DNA of 64,000 nt from a virus, in the IMG/VR virus record IMGVR_UViG_3300025128_000015, positions 1 to 64,000 of that record. One strand, written 5' to 3'. The notes below the pieces were generated by a model that was given only the letters and a program-made list of their open reading frames with translations, searched no databases and had not been told where the DNA came from. Shown here in pieces: positions 38,898-47,834 of the stretch. The translations under genes were made by a program, and so were the position numbers. Position 1 is the first letter of the stretch. Each line of letters begins with the position of its first letter.

Positions 38898-39287
38898 ATG
38901 GGTAAACGCAAAAGAAGACTTAATAGTAAAAAATACGCTAAAAAGTACGCTAGTGTAAGAGCAACAATCGCCAAACTAAAAGGCGAAGTTGTCGAAGCTT
39001 TAGAAGATGGAGTAGTAACTCCAGTTGAAGAAAAGAAGATTGAAAAAGCTGCACAGCAAGTTGTTGATGTCGTAAAAGAAACACAAGAAAAAACAACTCG
39101 TACTTTATATGCAGAGCCTGTCGTTGAGAAAGTAGAAACTCAAGCAACTAAGCCTGAAGTCAAGAAAGTCACTACCACAACTCCAGTGGCCAAAAAGACT
39201 AATCGCACAAGCACAACAACTGCAAAAAAAGCTACGACAAAGACGACTCGCTCTACTGATCGACGCTCCTCTAGATCCTCTAAGTAA
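38898..39287 (+). CDS. Basic Lys/Thr/Arg-rich protein (candidate DNA-binding core protein)
   Basis: MGKRKRRLNSKKYAKKY N-terminus and AKKATTKTTRSTDRRSSRSSK tail; late motif at 38868. Confidence 0.5.
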   Translation: MGKRKRRLNSKKYAKKYASVRATIAKLKGEVVEALEDGVVTPVEEKKIEKAAQQVVDVVKETQEKTTRTLYAEPVVEKVETQATKPEVKKVTTTTPVAKKTNRTSTTTAKKATTKTTRSTDRRSSRSSK

Positions 39288-39357
39288 GCAATGCTTGAGG
39301 AATGATATGGGTTTTCCATCTATGAGAACTATTTACTCTAGATAGGAGAACTTATGC

Positions 39358-40656
39358 ATGTCAGCGCCTACTTTAAAACCAAAACAAAGAGCTAGCGTCA
39401 CAGTATTACCAATAACTGGTACGCTCGTCGAAGCCAAGAGTCAAATAAATTATGCTTTTGGTGTTTATTCTGTTCACGGACAGCCATTATACGATGACAA
39501 TTTTGTTCAAGGTGCTGTTGACCAAGTGTCTTACACGTACAAAAAGCTTGGCGGAGATGTATTAGATATTGAGCTTACTCCAGGAAACGTTTATACTGCC
39601 TATGAGGAAGCCGTTCTAGAGTACTCATACATTGTCAACATACATCAGGCTAAAAATGCTCTTCCAAGCATGTTAGGCGCCACTACAGGCACGTTTGACC
39701 ACGATGGAAATCTATCCGGCCAAGACGGGCAAGCACTACTTGATGACTTAGATGGAAAAAGAGTGGAATTGGCTTATCCGAAGTATAAATTTACTTACTG
39801 GAAAAGAGTTGCAGAGGGATATTCAACAGAAGCCAACATCGGAGGTACAGAAACGATCAGATCTGCCTCATTTGAGCCAACAAACAGTGTTCAAGATTAT
39901 GACTTGCAAGCTATATTAACAAGTTCACTTGGTGGTGATGGAAATCTTTTAGAAAAAAACAAGAAAGTTTCAATTAAAAGAGTATTCTATAAGACTCCGC
40001 ATGCAATGTGGAGATTTTATGGATATTATGGCGGAATCAATACAATTGGTAATTTATCGACATACGGAATGTACTCGGACGATTCAACTTTTGAGGTAAT
40101 TCCAGCTTGGCAAAATAAAATGCAAGCCATGGCATATGAAGATGCAATTTACACTAGAAACTCGCATTATTCTTACGAGATCAAAAACAATAAATTAAGA
40201 ATATTTCCTTCCCCAGTAAATAACTCACCAGATAAGTTTTGGTTTGAATACGTTGTTCAGACAGATCCTTGGGAAGAGGATGCATCTTCAGGCGGAAAAG
40301 CAAACACGGATGGTGTCAACAACATGAATACTCTTCCTTTTGCCAATATTCCTTATAAGAACATAAACTCAATCGGAAAGCAGTGGATTCGTCGCTTTGC
40401 TCTTTCCTTAACAAAGGAAATGCTTGGACAAGTTAGAGGGAAATTTTCTACAATCCCTATTCCTGGTAATGATTTAACTCTCAACGCAAATGATTTACTT
40501 TCACAGGCTCAGGCAGAGCAACAAACACTTAGAGAAGAGCTAAAAGCTACTTTAGACGAGTTGACCTATAAGCAAATAGTCAACGATCAGTCTGCCATGG
40601 CCGCCCAAGTTAATGAGACAAACAAACACATACCAATGGGCATATATCACGGTTAA
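39358..40656 (+). CDS. Neck/head-tail adaptor protein (gp13-like)
   Basis: YKKLGGDVLDIELT, WIRRFALSLTKEMLGQVRGKFSTIPIPGNDLTLN; position after the MCP gene. Confidence 0.8.
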   Translation: MSAPTLKPKQRASVTVLPITGTLVEAKSQINYAFGVYSVHGQPLYDDNFVQGAVDQVSYTYKKLGGDVLDIELTPGNVYTAYEEAVLEYSYIVNIHQAKNALPSMLGATTGTFDHDGNLSGQDGQALLDDLDGKRVELAYPKYKFTYWKRVAEGYSTEANIGGTETIRSASFEPTNSVQDYDLQAILTSSLGGDGNLLEKNKKVSIKRVFYKTPHAMWRFYGYYGGINTIGNLSTYGMYSDDSTFEVIPAWQNKMQAMAYEDAIYTRNSHYSYEIKNNKLRIFPSPVNNSPDKFWFEYVVQTDPWEEDASSGGKANTDGVNNMNTLPFANIPYKNINSIGKQWIRRFALSLTKEMLGQVRGKFSTIPIPGNDLTLNANDLLSQAQAEQQTLREELKATLDELTYKQIVNDQSAMAAQVNETNKHIPMGIYHG

Positions 40657-40669
40657 AAGGAGAGCTTAA

Positions 40670-41158
40670 ATGGCCGACAACAAATGGAAACAGCCAAAAT
40701 CGCCTCCGCCACCTCTCTTTGCTGGCGAAAAAGAGCGAAATTTGGTAAAACAAGTCAATGATGAGCTTATTGAGCGAGTTGTCGGGCAACAAGTACTATA
40801 TTATCCAATCGATATGGAAACAACCAACTTTCATCCTTTATATGGCGAGTCATTGAACAAAAGTTTCTTGCCTCCCATTCAAATATACGCTTTAGTCGAC
40901 TTTGAAGGCTTCCAGACAACAACAGAGAACTATGGACTAGACAAAACTGCTAGTATAACCGTTCATTTTCATAAAAGACGTCTAACTGAAGATCAGAACT
41001 TGTATGTTCGCGAAGGTGACTTCGTTTTATATGGCGAACAATATTATAAGATAGTATCTTTGGCCGAGCCAAGAGAAATATTTGGACAAGCAGACAGAAG
41101 AGTAGAAATATCAGCAAAATGTATCAAGGTAAGGGAGGGAATGTTCGATGCCAACTAA
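40670..41158 (+). CDS. Neck/head closure protein (gp14-like)
   Basis: ELIERVVGQQVLYY, LYGES, FHKRRL, VREGDFV; position. Confidence 0.75.
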   Translation: MADNKWKQPKSPPPPLFAGEKERNLVKQVNDELIERVVGQQVLYYPIDMETTNFHPLYGESLNKSFLPPIQIYALVDFEGFQTTTENYGLDKTASITVHFHKRRLTEDQNLYVREGDFVLYGEQYYKIVSLAEPREIFGQADRRVEISAKCIKVREGMFDAN

Positions 41159-42026
41159 CGAAACAGAAATACCTTTTGGACCATCAACGATTGAAACTAT
41201 AGACTATGCAGTTTTTAATTGGGTCAATGAAGTATTGAACGTTCACTCGGAAACTAACAGAGGCTTTAAAAAAGTGCCTGTGGTATGGGTCTCTGCAGAA
41301 CGTTCTTTTCAAATAAAGAATAACGTTGATTTAAGAGAAACGACAGGCGTATTTTCTTTACCTGTAATTACACTTGAGAGAACCAATATGGTTAAATCAC
41401 TAAGTTCAAAAGGAAGTATATACGGTAATGTGTATCCAGTTAATGATGATCAGGGTGGTTCGATTGCCATAACAAAGCAAATTAATCAATACAAGAGCAG
41501 TAACTTTATTAATGCAGACTCAGCCAGAAGCACTTCAGACCCATATCACAAATCAAAAAGAACTGGTATTAGATACGCAATCAAAACAGAAGAAAAGCCC
41601 AAAATAGTTTACGAGACGATTACAATACCAATTCCAGTATATGTAAACGTATCTTACACAATTGGCATCAAAGCAGAGTTTCAACAGCAATTCAATCAGA
41701 TCATAACACCTTTTATGACGAGGCCAGCTGGACTAAATTACGTCTCCTTAAACCACGAGAGGCACGTTTTTGAAGGCTTCTTGGGAGAAAACTTTGCTCA
41801 ATCCACTAATGCTTCTGCACTAGAAGAAGAGGAGCGAAGATACGAAAGCAACATCGATTTTAAAGTCCTTGGTTACCTTATTGGAGACGATAAAAACCAA
41901 ATTACTCCGAGAGTGGTTAGAAGGCAAAATTTCGTCGATGTTAAAATCCCTAGAGAGCATGTTATTCTTGGAGACATTCCAGAACATACAGGTTCATTAA
42001 GTAGTGAACCTTTCTATAGAGAATAA
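41148..42026 (+). CDS. Tail terminator / sheath stabiliser (gp15-like)
   Basis: KKVPVVWVSAER, LPVITLER, PIPVYVNVSYTI; position before the sheath gene. Confidence 0.7.
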   Translation: MPTNETEIPFGPSTIETIDYAVFNWVNEVLNVHSETNRGFKKVPVVWVSAERSFQIKNNVDLRETTGVFSLPVITLERTNMVKSLSSKGSIYGNVYPVNDDQGGSIAITKQINQYKSSNFINADSARSTSDPYHKSKRTGIRYAIKTEEKPKIVYETITIPIPVYVNVSYTIGIKAEFQQQFNQIITPFMTRPAGLNYVSLNHERHVFEGFLGENFAQSTNASALEEEERRYESNIDFKVLGYLIGDDKNQITPRVVRRQNFVDVKIPREHVILGDIPEHTGSLSSEPFYRE

Positions 42027-42060
42027 GATTGCTAAAAGATGTCGTTTTGAGATTAAAATT

Positions 42061-42070
42061 ACTATTTATT
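42061..42070 (+). promoter_or_regulatory. Putative late promoter for the sheath gene
   Basis: ACTATTTATT in the gp15-sheath intergenic region. Confidence 0.65.
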
Positions 42071-42136
42071 AAAGAAGTTAGTATAAATCTAAACTCTATT
42101 GAAAAACCAAGTTTCGCATAAATAGGAGAAAAATCC

Positions 42137-45100
42137 ATGGCTGAGAAAAAGTTTAAATTCGTATCTCCAGGAATCTTTATCGATGAAATCGACGATTCTG
42201 GAGTACCAAATTCCGGTGGTGACATTGGTCCCGTCGTTGTTGGTCGATCGACCCGAGGGCCGGGAATGCGCCCCACAAGAATCGAATCTTTCTCTGAATT
42301 CGTTCAAGTTTTCGGTGCACCGACACCAGGAAACGACACAGAAAAAGATGTTTGGAGAAGCAACAACCCTGTTGGTCCGACATACGCTGCCTACGCTGCT
42401 CAGGCATGGCTTAAAAACAATACACCCCTTACGTTCGTTCGTTTGATGGGTGAGGAGCATCCTGCTTCTTCTACTTCAGGTAAGGCTGGTTTTAAAACAA
42501 CTAACACGTTTAATGAGACTAACTCTAGTAACGGCGGCGCCTATGGCCTTTTCTTGATTAATTCTGCATCTATTAATGGCGGAGACCAAGCGGGTCCCTT
42601 TAATCTTCCTACTGGAACCCTTGCTGCTGTTTGGTACATCCAACGCGGCGGAATGGCCCTCTCTGGAAACGTGCCAGTTGGCGCCCGCGGACACGATATA
42701 AGTGCCGTTGCAACCGTGGGACACTCAGCGGAAACAGCTTCAGCAGGTGGATTAATTCAGAATGCTGCTAGCAATACATGGACAGTTGTACTTAACGATG
42801 GCGCCTCAACAGACAGCACCAACGGAGTTATTTCCGGTAAAAAATACACTTTCAACTTTGATAGAAATAGCTCAAAGTTTATCCGAAACGTTTTTAATAC
42901 AAATCCGGTTTTAACTAATTCAAATATTGCTAGCACACAGCAGTATCACTGGCTTGGTGAAACATTCGAAGGATCCGTTGCGAAACATATTACAAGCGGA
43001 TCCACTGCAGGAACAGTTTTTGGATTCATCGCTGGATTAGGTACATCAACTACGGTAGGACATCACCACCGTCAGATGCCAGCCCAGCCTTCTAAGACTG
43101 GTTGGTTTATTTCGCAAGACCCGAGAGCCACAAATGCCAACTTTACTCCGGACGGACAAGCTTATGTAAAACAACTTTTTAGGTTTGTTTCTCTTGACGA
43201 TGGTGAGTGGGCTCAGAGCAATCTTAAGATTTCTATTGCAGACATTAAAGCACCAAGAAACAACTACGAAAAGTACGGTTCTTTCAGTGTTCTAATTCGT
43301 GATATTCGTGATGCTGACAATGCTCCAAGTATTGTTGAAAAATTCACAAATCTTAACTTAAACCCTTCTTCTGAAAACTTTATTGCAAAGAGAATCGGAG
43401 ATCAGCATCTAGTTTGGGATGATGAATTAAGTGTCCCAGGTGGAAAAGCCCGTTATAAACTACGTGGAGATTACCCGAACGTTTCTAGATTCTTTAGAGT
43501 AGAACTAAATGATGAAGTCAAGCTCGGATTAGACAACACAGAGCTACTTCCGTTTGGTGTCAGAGGACCATTACGCTACAAAGGCTGGTCTTTCAAAGGA
43601 CGTGACACACAGGCTTACCAAATTAATCAAAAAACTTCCATCGCTGCAGCACCCGCCGTAGCAATGTTTCAATTTTCTGATAACATCAACGATGAATCTA
43701 TATTTACATTTACAGATGCACTAGGGACGTCAGCAACGTTTGAAGTTGATCGCGCCTCCGCCGATGGGGCAGCGACCGCCGGCGCAGTCGCCCTGGCAGG
43801 CTATGCAAACAACGGAGAGGGACTTGCAACCGCGCTTAAAACTGCACTTGATGCATCTGCTCTACGAATTGATACAGTCCGTTCCACCGCAAAATTGACC
43901 CTTACAATGCAGGACGCCGGCGCCTCTGGTAATACACAGATCATAACTACTGCTGGCGTCGATTATAATGTTAATGAATCCCATCAAGGGGTCAAGCCTC
44001 TCGACGCAATGCCGACTCAATTTGAAGACGGCGCCGATGCTTTGGGACCAGTGCACACGGCTGCTACTTTATTCCTTGAAGCCGACCCGGCAGTAATACC
44101 TTATAAACATGGTGTACACAAGGGCGCAGGCGCCGAACAAGCTGCTGGAAAAAATCCAATCGCACCAGAAAGTATCCCTGCTCACAGTGCTTCCGCGGCC
44201 GGCTATTCGGCCAAGCCAATACAAGCACTATCTGGAGCATTTGTATTCCCAGCTATCTCCATGAGATCTTCTTCTTTAGACGGAAATCTTTCTGATAGAA
44301 CAGATGCTTACTTTGGCGCAACTTATAATCGATTAGGTGAAGCAACAAAATCTAATCTATTTGATGAGAGTTCGATCGATGTCGTCCGCGCTCTCGCAGC
44401 TAGTTATTCCAAGAACACTTGGGATCCCGCCGCCGAAGATACCGCAGTCGAGCATTCTTGGACGTTTACCTTGGATGACTTACAGAAAGCTTCTGGAACA
44501 GACTTCTTGTCGGCCATATATGTCTCTGGCTCTAGAGCAAGTGGAGAATCTTTTACAGCTGTCTCTCAATCCTATAGAGAGATTTTGAGCAATGGTTACG
44601 ATAGATTTACCGCCGCTCTTTATGGTGGATTCAATGGTCTCGATGTAACAGAAGCTGAGCCATTCGGAAACCATAGACTGGATGACAGCAGTAATGTAAA
44701 AGATAACTATGCTTACTACTCAGTTAAGAAAGCTATCGACACTGCTAGCGATCCAGAAGCTGTCGAAATGGACCTTCTCACTGTTCCAGGTGTAACCGAC
44801 TCTAGCCTCACAGAACACATGATTAATGTTTGTGAAGATAGAGGCGATGCTCTAGCAGTTATTGATATCGTCAACGACTACATTCCGCGTTACGAAAGTA
44901 ATTCTTCGGAAGCATCTAGAATCGGAACGGTAGTATCGGCTGTCAACACATTCAAGGATAGAGGGCTCAATTCCAGTTACGGATGTGCATTCTATCCATG
45001 GGTACAGGTAAGAGATTCTGCCTCTGAGACCGTCCCTGGTAAGCTTGTATGGCTTCCACCTTCGGTTGCAGCCCTTGGTACGTTCTCTAGTACTCAGCGC

Positions 45101-45631
45101 AACGCAGAATTGTGGTTCGCCCCTGCAGGCTTCAACCGCGGTGGGCTTTCCGAAGGAAGCTCCGGACTTAATGTTGTAAACGTGCGACAGAGATTGACTT
45201 CTGTTGACCGTGATCGCCTCTACGGCGCCAACATTAACCCAATTGCCAAGTTCCCATCGGAAGGAATTGTAGTCTTCGGACAGAAGACACTACAAGTAAC
45301 ACCTTCTGCACTTGACAGAATTAATGTTAGAAGACTTCTCATCTTCCTTAAGAAGAGAATTTCTAGAATCGCTGCAGGCATCTTGTTTGAGCCAAATGTT
45401 CAGACAACATGGGATCGTTTTGTTGGCCGTGTCAATCCATTATTAGAGAGTGTCAAGGCTCGCTTCGGATTAACAGACTTCAAAGTTGTCTTGGATTCCA
45501 GCACAACAACAGATGATCTTATCGATCAAAATATTCTTTACGCCAAGGTCTTCTTGAAGCCCACTAAAGCTATCGAATTTATCGCACTCGACTTTGTAAT
45601 TACAAATAGTGGTGCATCGTTTGAGGATTAA
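42137..45631 (+). CDS. Contractile tail sheath protein (gp18-like), large
   Basis: FVSPGIFIDEID, FVQVFGAP, WFAPAGFNRG, LYGANINPI, FGQKTLQ, LDRINVRRLL, IEFIALDF. Confidence 0.95.
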   Translation: MAEKKFKFVSPGIFIDEIDDSGVPNSGGDIGPVVVGRSTRGPGMRPTRIESFSEFVQVFGAPTPGNDTEKDVWRSNNPVGPTYAAYAAQAWLKNNTPLTFVRLMGEEHPASSTSGKAGFKTTNTFNETNSSNGGAYGLFLINSASINGGDQAGPFNLPTGTLAAVWYIQRGGMALSGNVPVGARGHDISAVATVGHSAETASAGGLIQNAASNTWTVVLNDGASTDSTNGVISGKKYTFNFDRNSSKFIRNVFNTNPVLTNSNIASTQQYHWLGETFEGSVAKHITSGSTAGTVFGFIAGLGTSTTVGHHHRQMPAQPSKTGWFISQDPRATNANFTPDGQAYVKQLFRFVSLDDGEWAQSNLKISIADIKAPRNNYEKYGSFSVLIRDIRDADNAPSIVEKFTNLNLNPSSENFIAKRIGDQHLVWDDELSVPGGKARYKLRGDYPNVSRFFRVELNDEVKLGLDNTELLPFGVRGPLRYKGWSFKGRDTQAYQINQKTSIAAAPAVAMFQFSDNINDESIFTFTDALGTSATFEVDRASADGAATAGAVALAGYANNGEGLATALKTALDASALRIDTVRSTAKLTLTMQDAGASGNTQIITTAGVDYNVNESHQGVKPLDAMPTQFEDGADALGPVHTAATLFLEADPAVIPYKHGVHKGAGAEQAAGKNPIAPESIPAHSASAAGYSAKPIQALSGAFVFPAISMRSSSLDGNLSDRTDAYFGATYNRLGEATKSNLFDESSIDVVRALAASYSKNTWDPAAEDTAVEHSWTFTLDDLQKASGTDFLSAIYVSGSRASGESFTAVSQSYREILSNGYDRFTAALYGGFNGLDVTEAEPFGNHRLDDSSNVKDNYAYYSVKKAIDTASDPEAVEMDLLTVPGVTDSSLTEHMINVCEDRGDALAVIDIVNDYIPRYESNSSEASRIGTVVSAVNTFKDRGLNSSYGCAFYPWVQVRDSASETVPGKLVWLPPSVAALGTFSSTQRNAELWFAPAGFNRGGLSEGSSGLNVVNVRQRLTSVDRDRLYGANINPIAKFPSEGIVVFGQKTLQVTPSALDRINVRRLLIFLKKRISRIAAGILFEPNVQTTWDRFVGRVNPLLESVKARFGLTDFKVVLDSSTTTDDLIDQNILYAKVFLKPTKAIEFIALDFVITNSGASFED

Positions 45632-45639
45632 TAAAAAAT

Positions 45640-45663
45640 GAGGGCGAAATATCTTTCGCCCTC
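45640..45663. terminator. Hairpin between sheath and tube genes (terminator/attenuator or RNA stabiliser)
   Basis: Perfect 10-bp stem GAGGGCGAAA-TATC-TTTCGCCCTC; weak U tract on +, A tract upstream. Confidence 0.55.
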
Positions 45664-45705
45664 TAATTAAAAATATAGAACTTATATTATTTGGAGGATT
45701 AAAAA

Positions 45706-46260
45706 ATGGCATCAGGTTACTGGGCAGATCAAGGCATTCAGCCGAAAAGACAATATAAATGGATACTACAATTTAGTGAGCTTGGTAGTGCCACTGGAGC
45801 AGGAGCAGTGCTCCCACAGTGGATTGTAAAAACAGTAAGCAAGCCATCTTTTACTATTGGTGAAGCTTCACATGCTTTCATTAATCACACCTTTCACTTT
45901 CCAGGTAAATTAACATGGTCGGCAATCGACGTGACAATGGTTGATCCTATTACTCCAAACGCTTCTGATGCTCTTATACAAGCTATCCGTGCTTCGGGAT
46001 ACCAATACCCCAATGAAGGACAAAATGGCACTTCTGCTGGTACCTCCTTCAGCAAGGCTGCAGCTACAAGCGTATTAGGCGAAGTTAAGTTAATTCAACT
46101 TGGTAACACAATCAATGAGAGAGTTGAAGAGTGGAATCTAAAGAATGCTTGGATTAAAGATGTTAACTTTGGAAGTCTTTCTTACGACACAGAAGAATTG
46201 ACAACTATCAGCATGACATTGCGTTATGACTGGGCTCAATACGAAAAGTTGTTGGGTTAA
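45706..46260 (+). CDS. Tail tube protein (gp19-like)
   Basis: PKRQYKW, VSKPSF, GKLTWSAI, W.LKNAW.KDVNFGSLSY, MTLRYDWA. Confidence 0.9.
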   Translation: MASGYWADQGIQPKRQYKWILQFSELGSATGAGAVLPQWIVKTVSKPSFTIGEASHAFINHTFHFPGKLTWSAIDVTMVDPITPNASDALIQAIRASGYQYPNEGQNGTSAGTSFSKAAATSVLGEVKLIQLGNTINERVEEWNLKNAWIKDVNFGSLSYDTEELTTISMTLRYDWAQYEKLLG

Positions 46261-46341
46261 TACATTTTTTTCAATTAAACTATTAACGCAAAATCGAACA
46301 TAAAGTATAATTATAGTATAACTACTTTATCGAGGTGACTA

Positions 46342-47229
46342 GTGTCTAGAAGAAATAGCCGTGCTCGTTCGGGCGGCACGGAGAAAAAAACGCCCGCTGA
46401 TTCCTCTGCTGAAGCAGCACTTAGCTTGCAAAAAGAAGAAGGCTCTGGACTTCTTTCTTTTGTTGCTCCAACAGAGTTTGTTAATTTGCCATCACAAGGC
46501 AAATTTTATCCACCAGAACATCCTTTGCACAATGAAGGTGTCGTAGAAATTAAATATATGACAGCAAAGCATGAAGATATTCTTACTTCACAAACTTTAT
46601 TGCGTAAAGGCGTTGCAATCGATCGCTTAATAGAAAACTTGATTATTGATAAGAGCATCAAATTAGATAGTCTTCTTTTAGGTGATAAAAATGCAATTAC
46701 AATTGCAGCTAGAAAAACTGGCTATGGCAGTGAATACACTACTGGCATGACATGTCCTAGTTGTGGTAATAAGCAAGATCATTCTTTTGACTTGGATGAG
46801 CTTGGCCATAATTTTCCGTCTAAAGAAGAGTTGGATGAGTTTGGGATTGAATTAACAGAGACAGGTACTTTCCTTATTGCGCTCCCACAAACAAAAGTTG
46901 TTCTTGAAACAAGACTTTTAACTGACGCAGACGAGAAGATGCTAGAAAAAACTAGCAAGATGCGTAAAAAGCATAATCTTGGACGCGGTGAGATTACACT
47001 GACAGATCGTCTTAAATCTGTAATCGTATCAGCAAATGATGAAACCAAGAGATCTATGATTGAACAATTTGTTGATAATATGCCAGCCTTGGATGCTAAG
47101 TTCTTTAGAACTGCATACGCTGCATTAACTCCTAACGTTGACATGAAGCAAGAGTATCGATGTGAAGCTTGCGGACACGAAGAGGAGGTTGATGTGCCGC
47201 TCTCGGCAGACTTTTTTTGGCCTGGGTGA
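46342..47229 (+). CDS. Baseplate hub assembly / tail assembly chaperone (gp26-like)
   Basis: VNLPSQGKFY, YMTAKHEDILT, CPSC and CEAC pairs, C-terminal FFWPG; GTG start with SD GAGG; located between tube and tape measure. Confidence 0.75.
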   Translation: MSRRNSRARSGGTEKKTPADSSAEAALSLQKEEGSGLLSFVAPTEFVNLPSQGKFYPPEHPLHNEGVVEIKYMTAKHEDILTSQTLLRKGVAIDRLIENLIIDKSIKLDSLLLGDKNAITIAARKTGYGSEYTTGMTCPSCGNKQDHSFDLDELGHNFPSKEELDEFGIELTETGTFLIALPQTKVVLETRLLTDADEKMLEKTSKMRKKHNLGRGEITLTDRLKSVIVSANDETKRSMIEQFVDNMPALDAKFFRTAYAALTPNVDMKQEYRCEACGHEEEVDVPLSADFFWPG

Positions 47230-47416
47230 AAAATATATTGAATCTGTTTATGAACAATTCTTCTTGCTTAAATATCATGGCGGCTGGAGTTTTATCGAAG
47301 CATACAACCTTCCAATCCCCTTGAGAACTTGGTTTGTCAACAGACTAGCCAAGCAATTTGAAATTGAAACAGAGGAAATAGAAAAAGCTTATAAGAAAGC
47401 AAAAAGCTCTAAATAA
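47192..47416 (+). CDS. gp51-like baseplate/tail assembly protein (overlapping ORF or frameshift extension)
   Basis: YEQFFLLKYHGGWSFIEAYNLPIPLRTWF resembles T4-like gp51 homologs as I recall them. The start is uncertain (ATG 47192 or a frameshift at 47212-47218). Confidence 0.6.
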   Translation: MCRSRQTFFGLGEKYIESVYEQFFLLKYHGGWSFIEAYNLPIPLRTWFVNRLAKQFEIETEEIEKAYKKAKSSK

Positions 47417-47417
47417 C

Positions 47418-47449
47418 AAGCCGGCTCTATGCCGGCTTTTATTTTTTTT
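47418..47449 (+). terminator. Intrinsic terminator
   Basis: AAGCCGGC-TCTAT-GCCGGCTT followed by TTATTTTTTT. Confidence 0.85.
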
Positions 47450-47487
47450 AATTAACTACTTATTTATATGATGTGAGGATGCGCTTT

Positions 47488-47823
47488 ATGAAAGAAAATA
47501 CAATTGAAATTGACTTAGATTATAAAAAAACTAAAAATTTAGAAGAAGGTGTTGTGCACACCGCTCCTGCAGCCCTTGGAGACGCTGTAAAAATAGCTCT
47601 ATGGGATATGTTTGGATATCAGTCAGCACCTTCAATTGATCTTAAGGGTACACCTCAACAAATTAGCGCATTTGTCACTGCTTTAAGCGGAGAAAAGAAA
47701 TACTTGGACAGCATTATGAGAAACGGACTAGATAGTCCTATGACCTATAAAAGCAAGTATTCTTTAGAGAACGCAATAAGTAATTTTGAAAGAGAAACTG
47801 GTATAGAGTGGCCAGTTAAGTAA
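47488..47823 (+). CDS. Hypothetical protein upstream of tape measure
   Basis: The track start is GTG 47473; ATG 47488 fits SD GAGG better; C-terminal FERETGIEWPVK. Confidence 0.65.
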   Translation: MKENTIEIDLDYKKTKNLEEGVVHTAPAALGDAVKIALWDMFGYQSAPSIDLKGTPQQISAFVTALSGEKKYLDSIMRNGLDSPMTYKSKYSLENAISNFERETGIEWPVK

Positions 47824-47834
47824 GAGGACCTTGA

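Noticed and set aside
46283-46311. Sigma70-like promoter TTAACG-N17-TATAAT before the tail chaperone gene
   Set aside because: The region is very AT-rich with several competing partial motifs; I could not distinguish it from chance.
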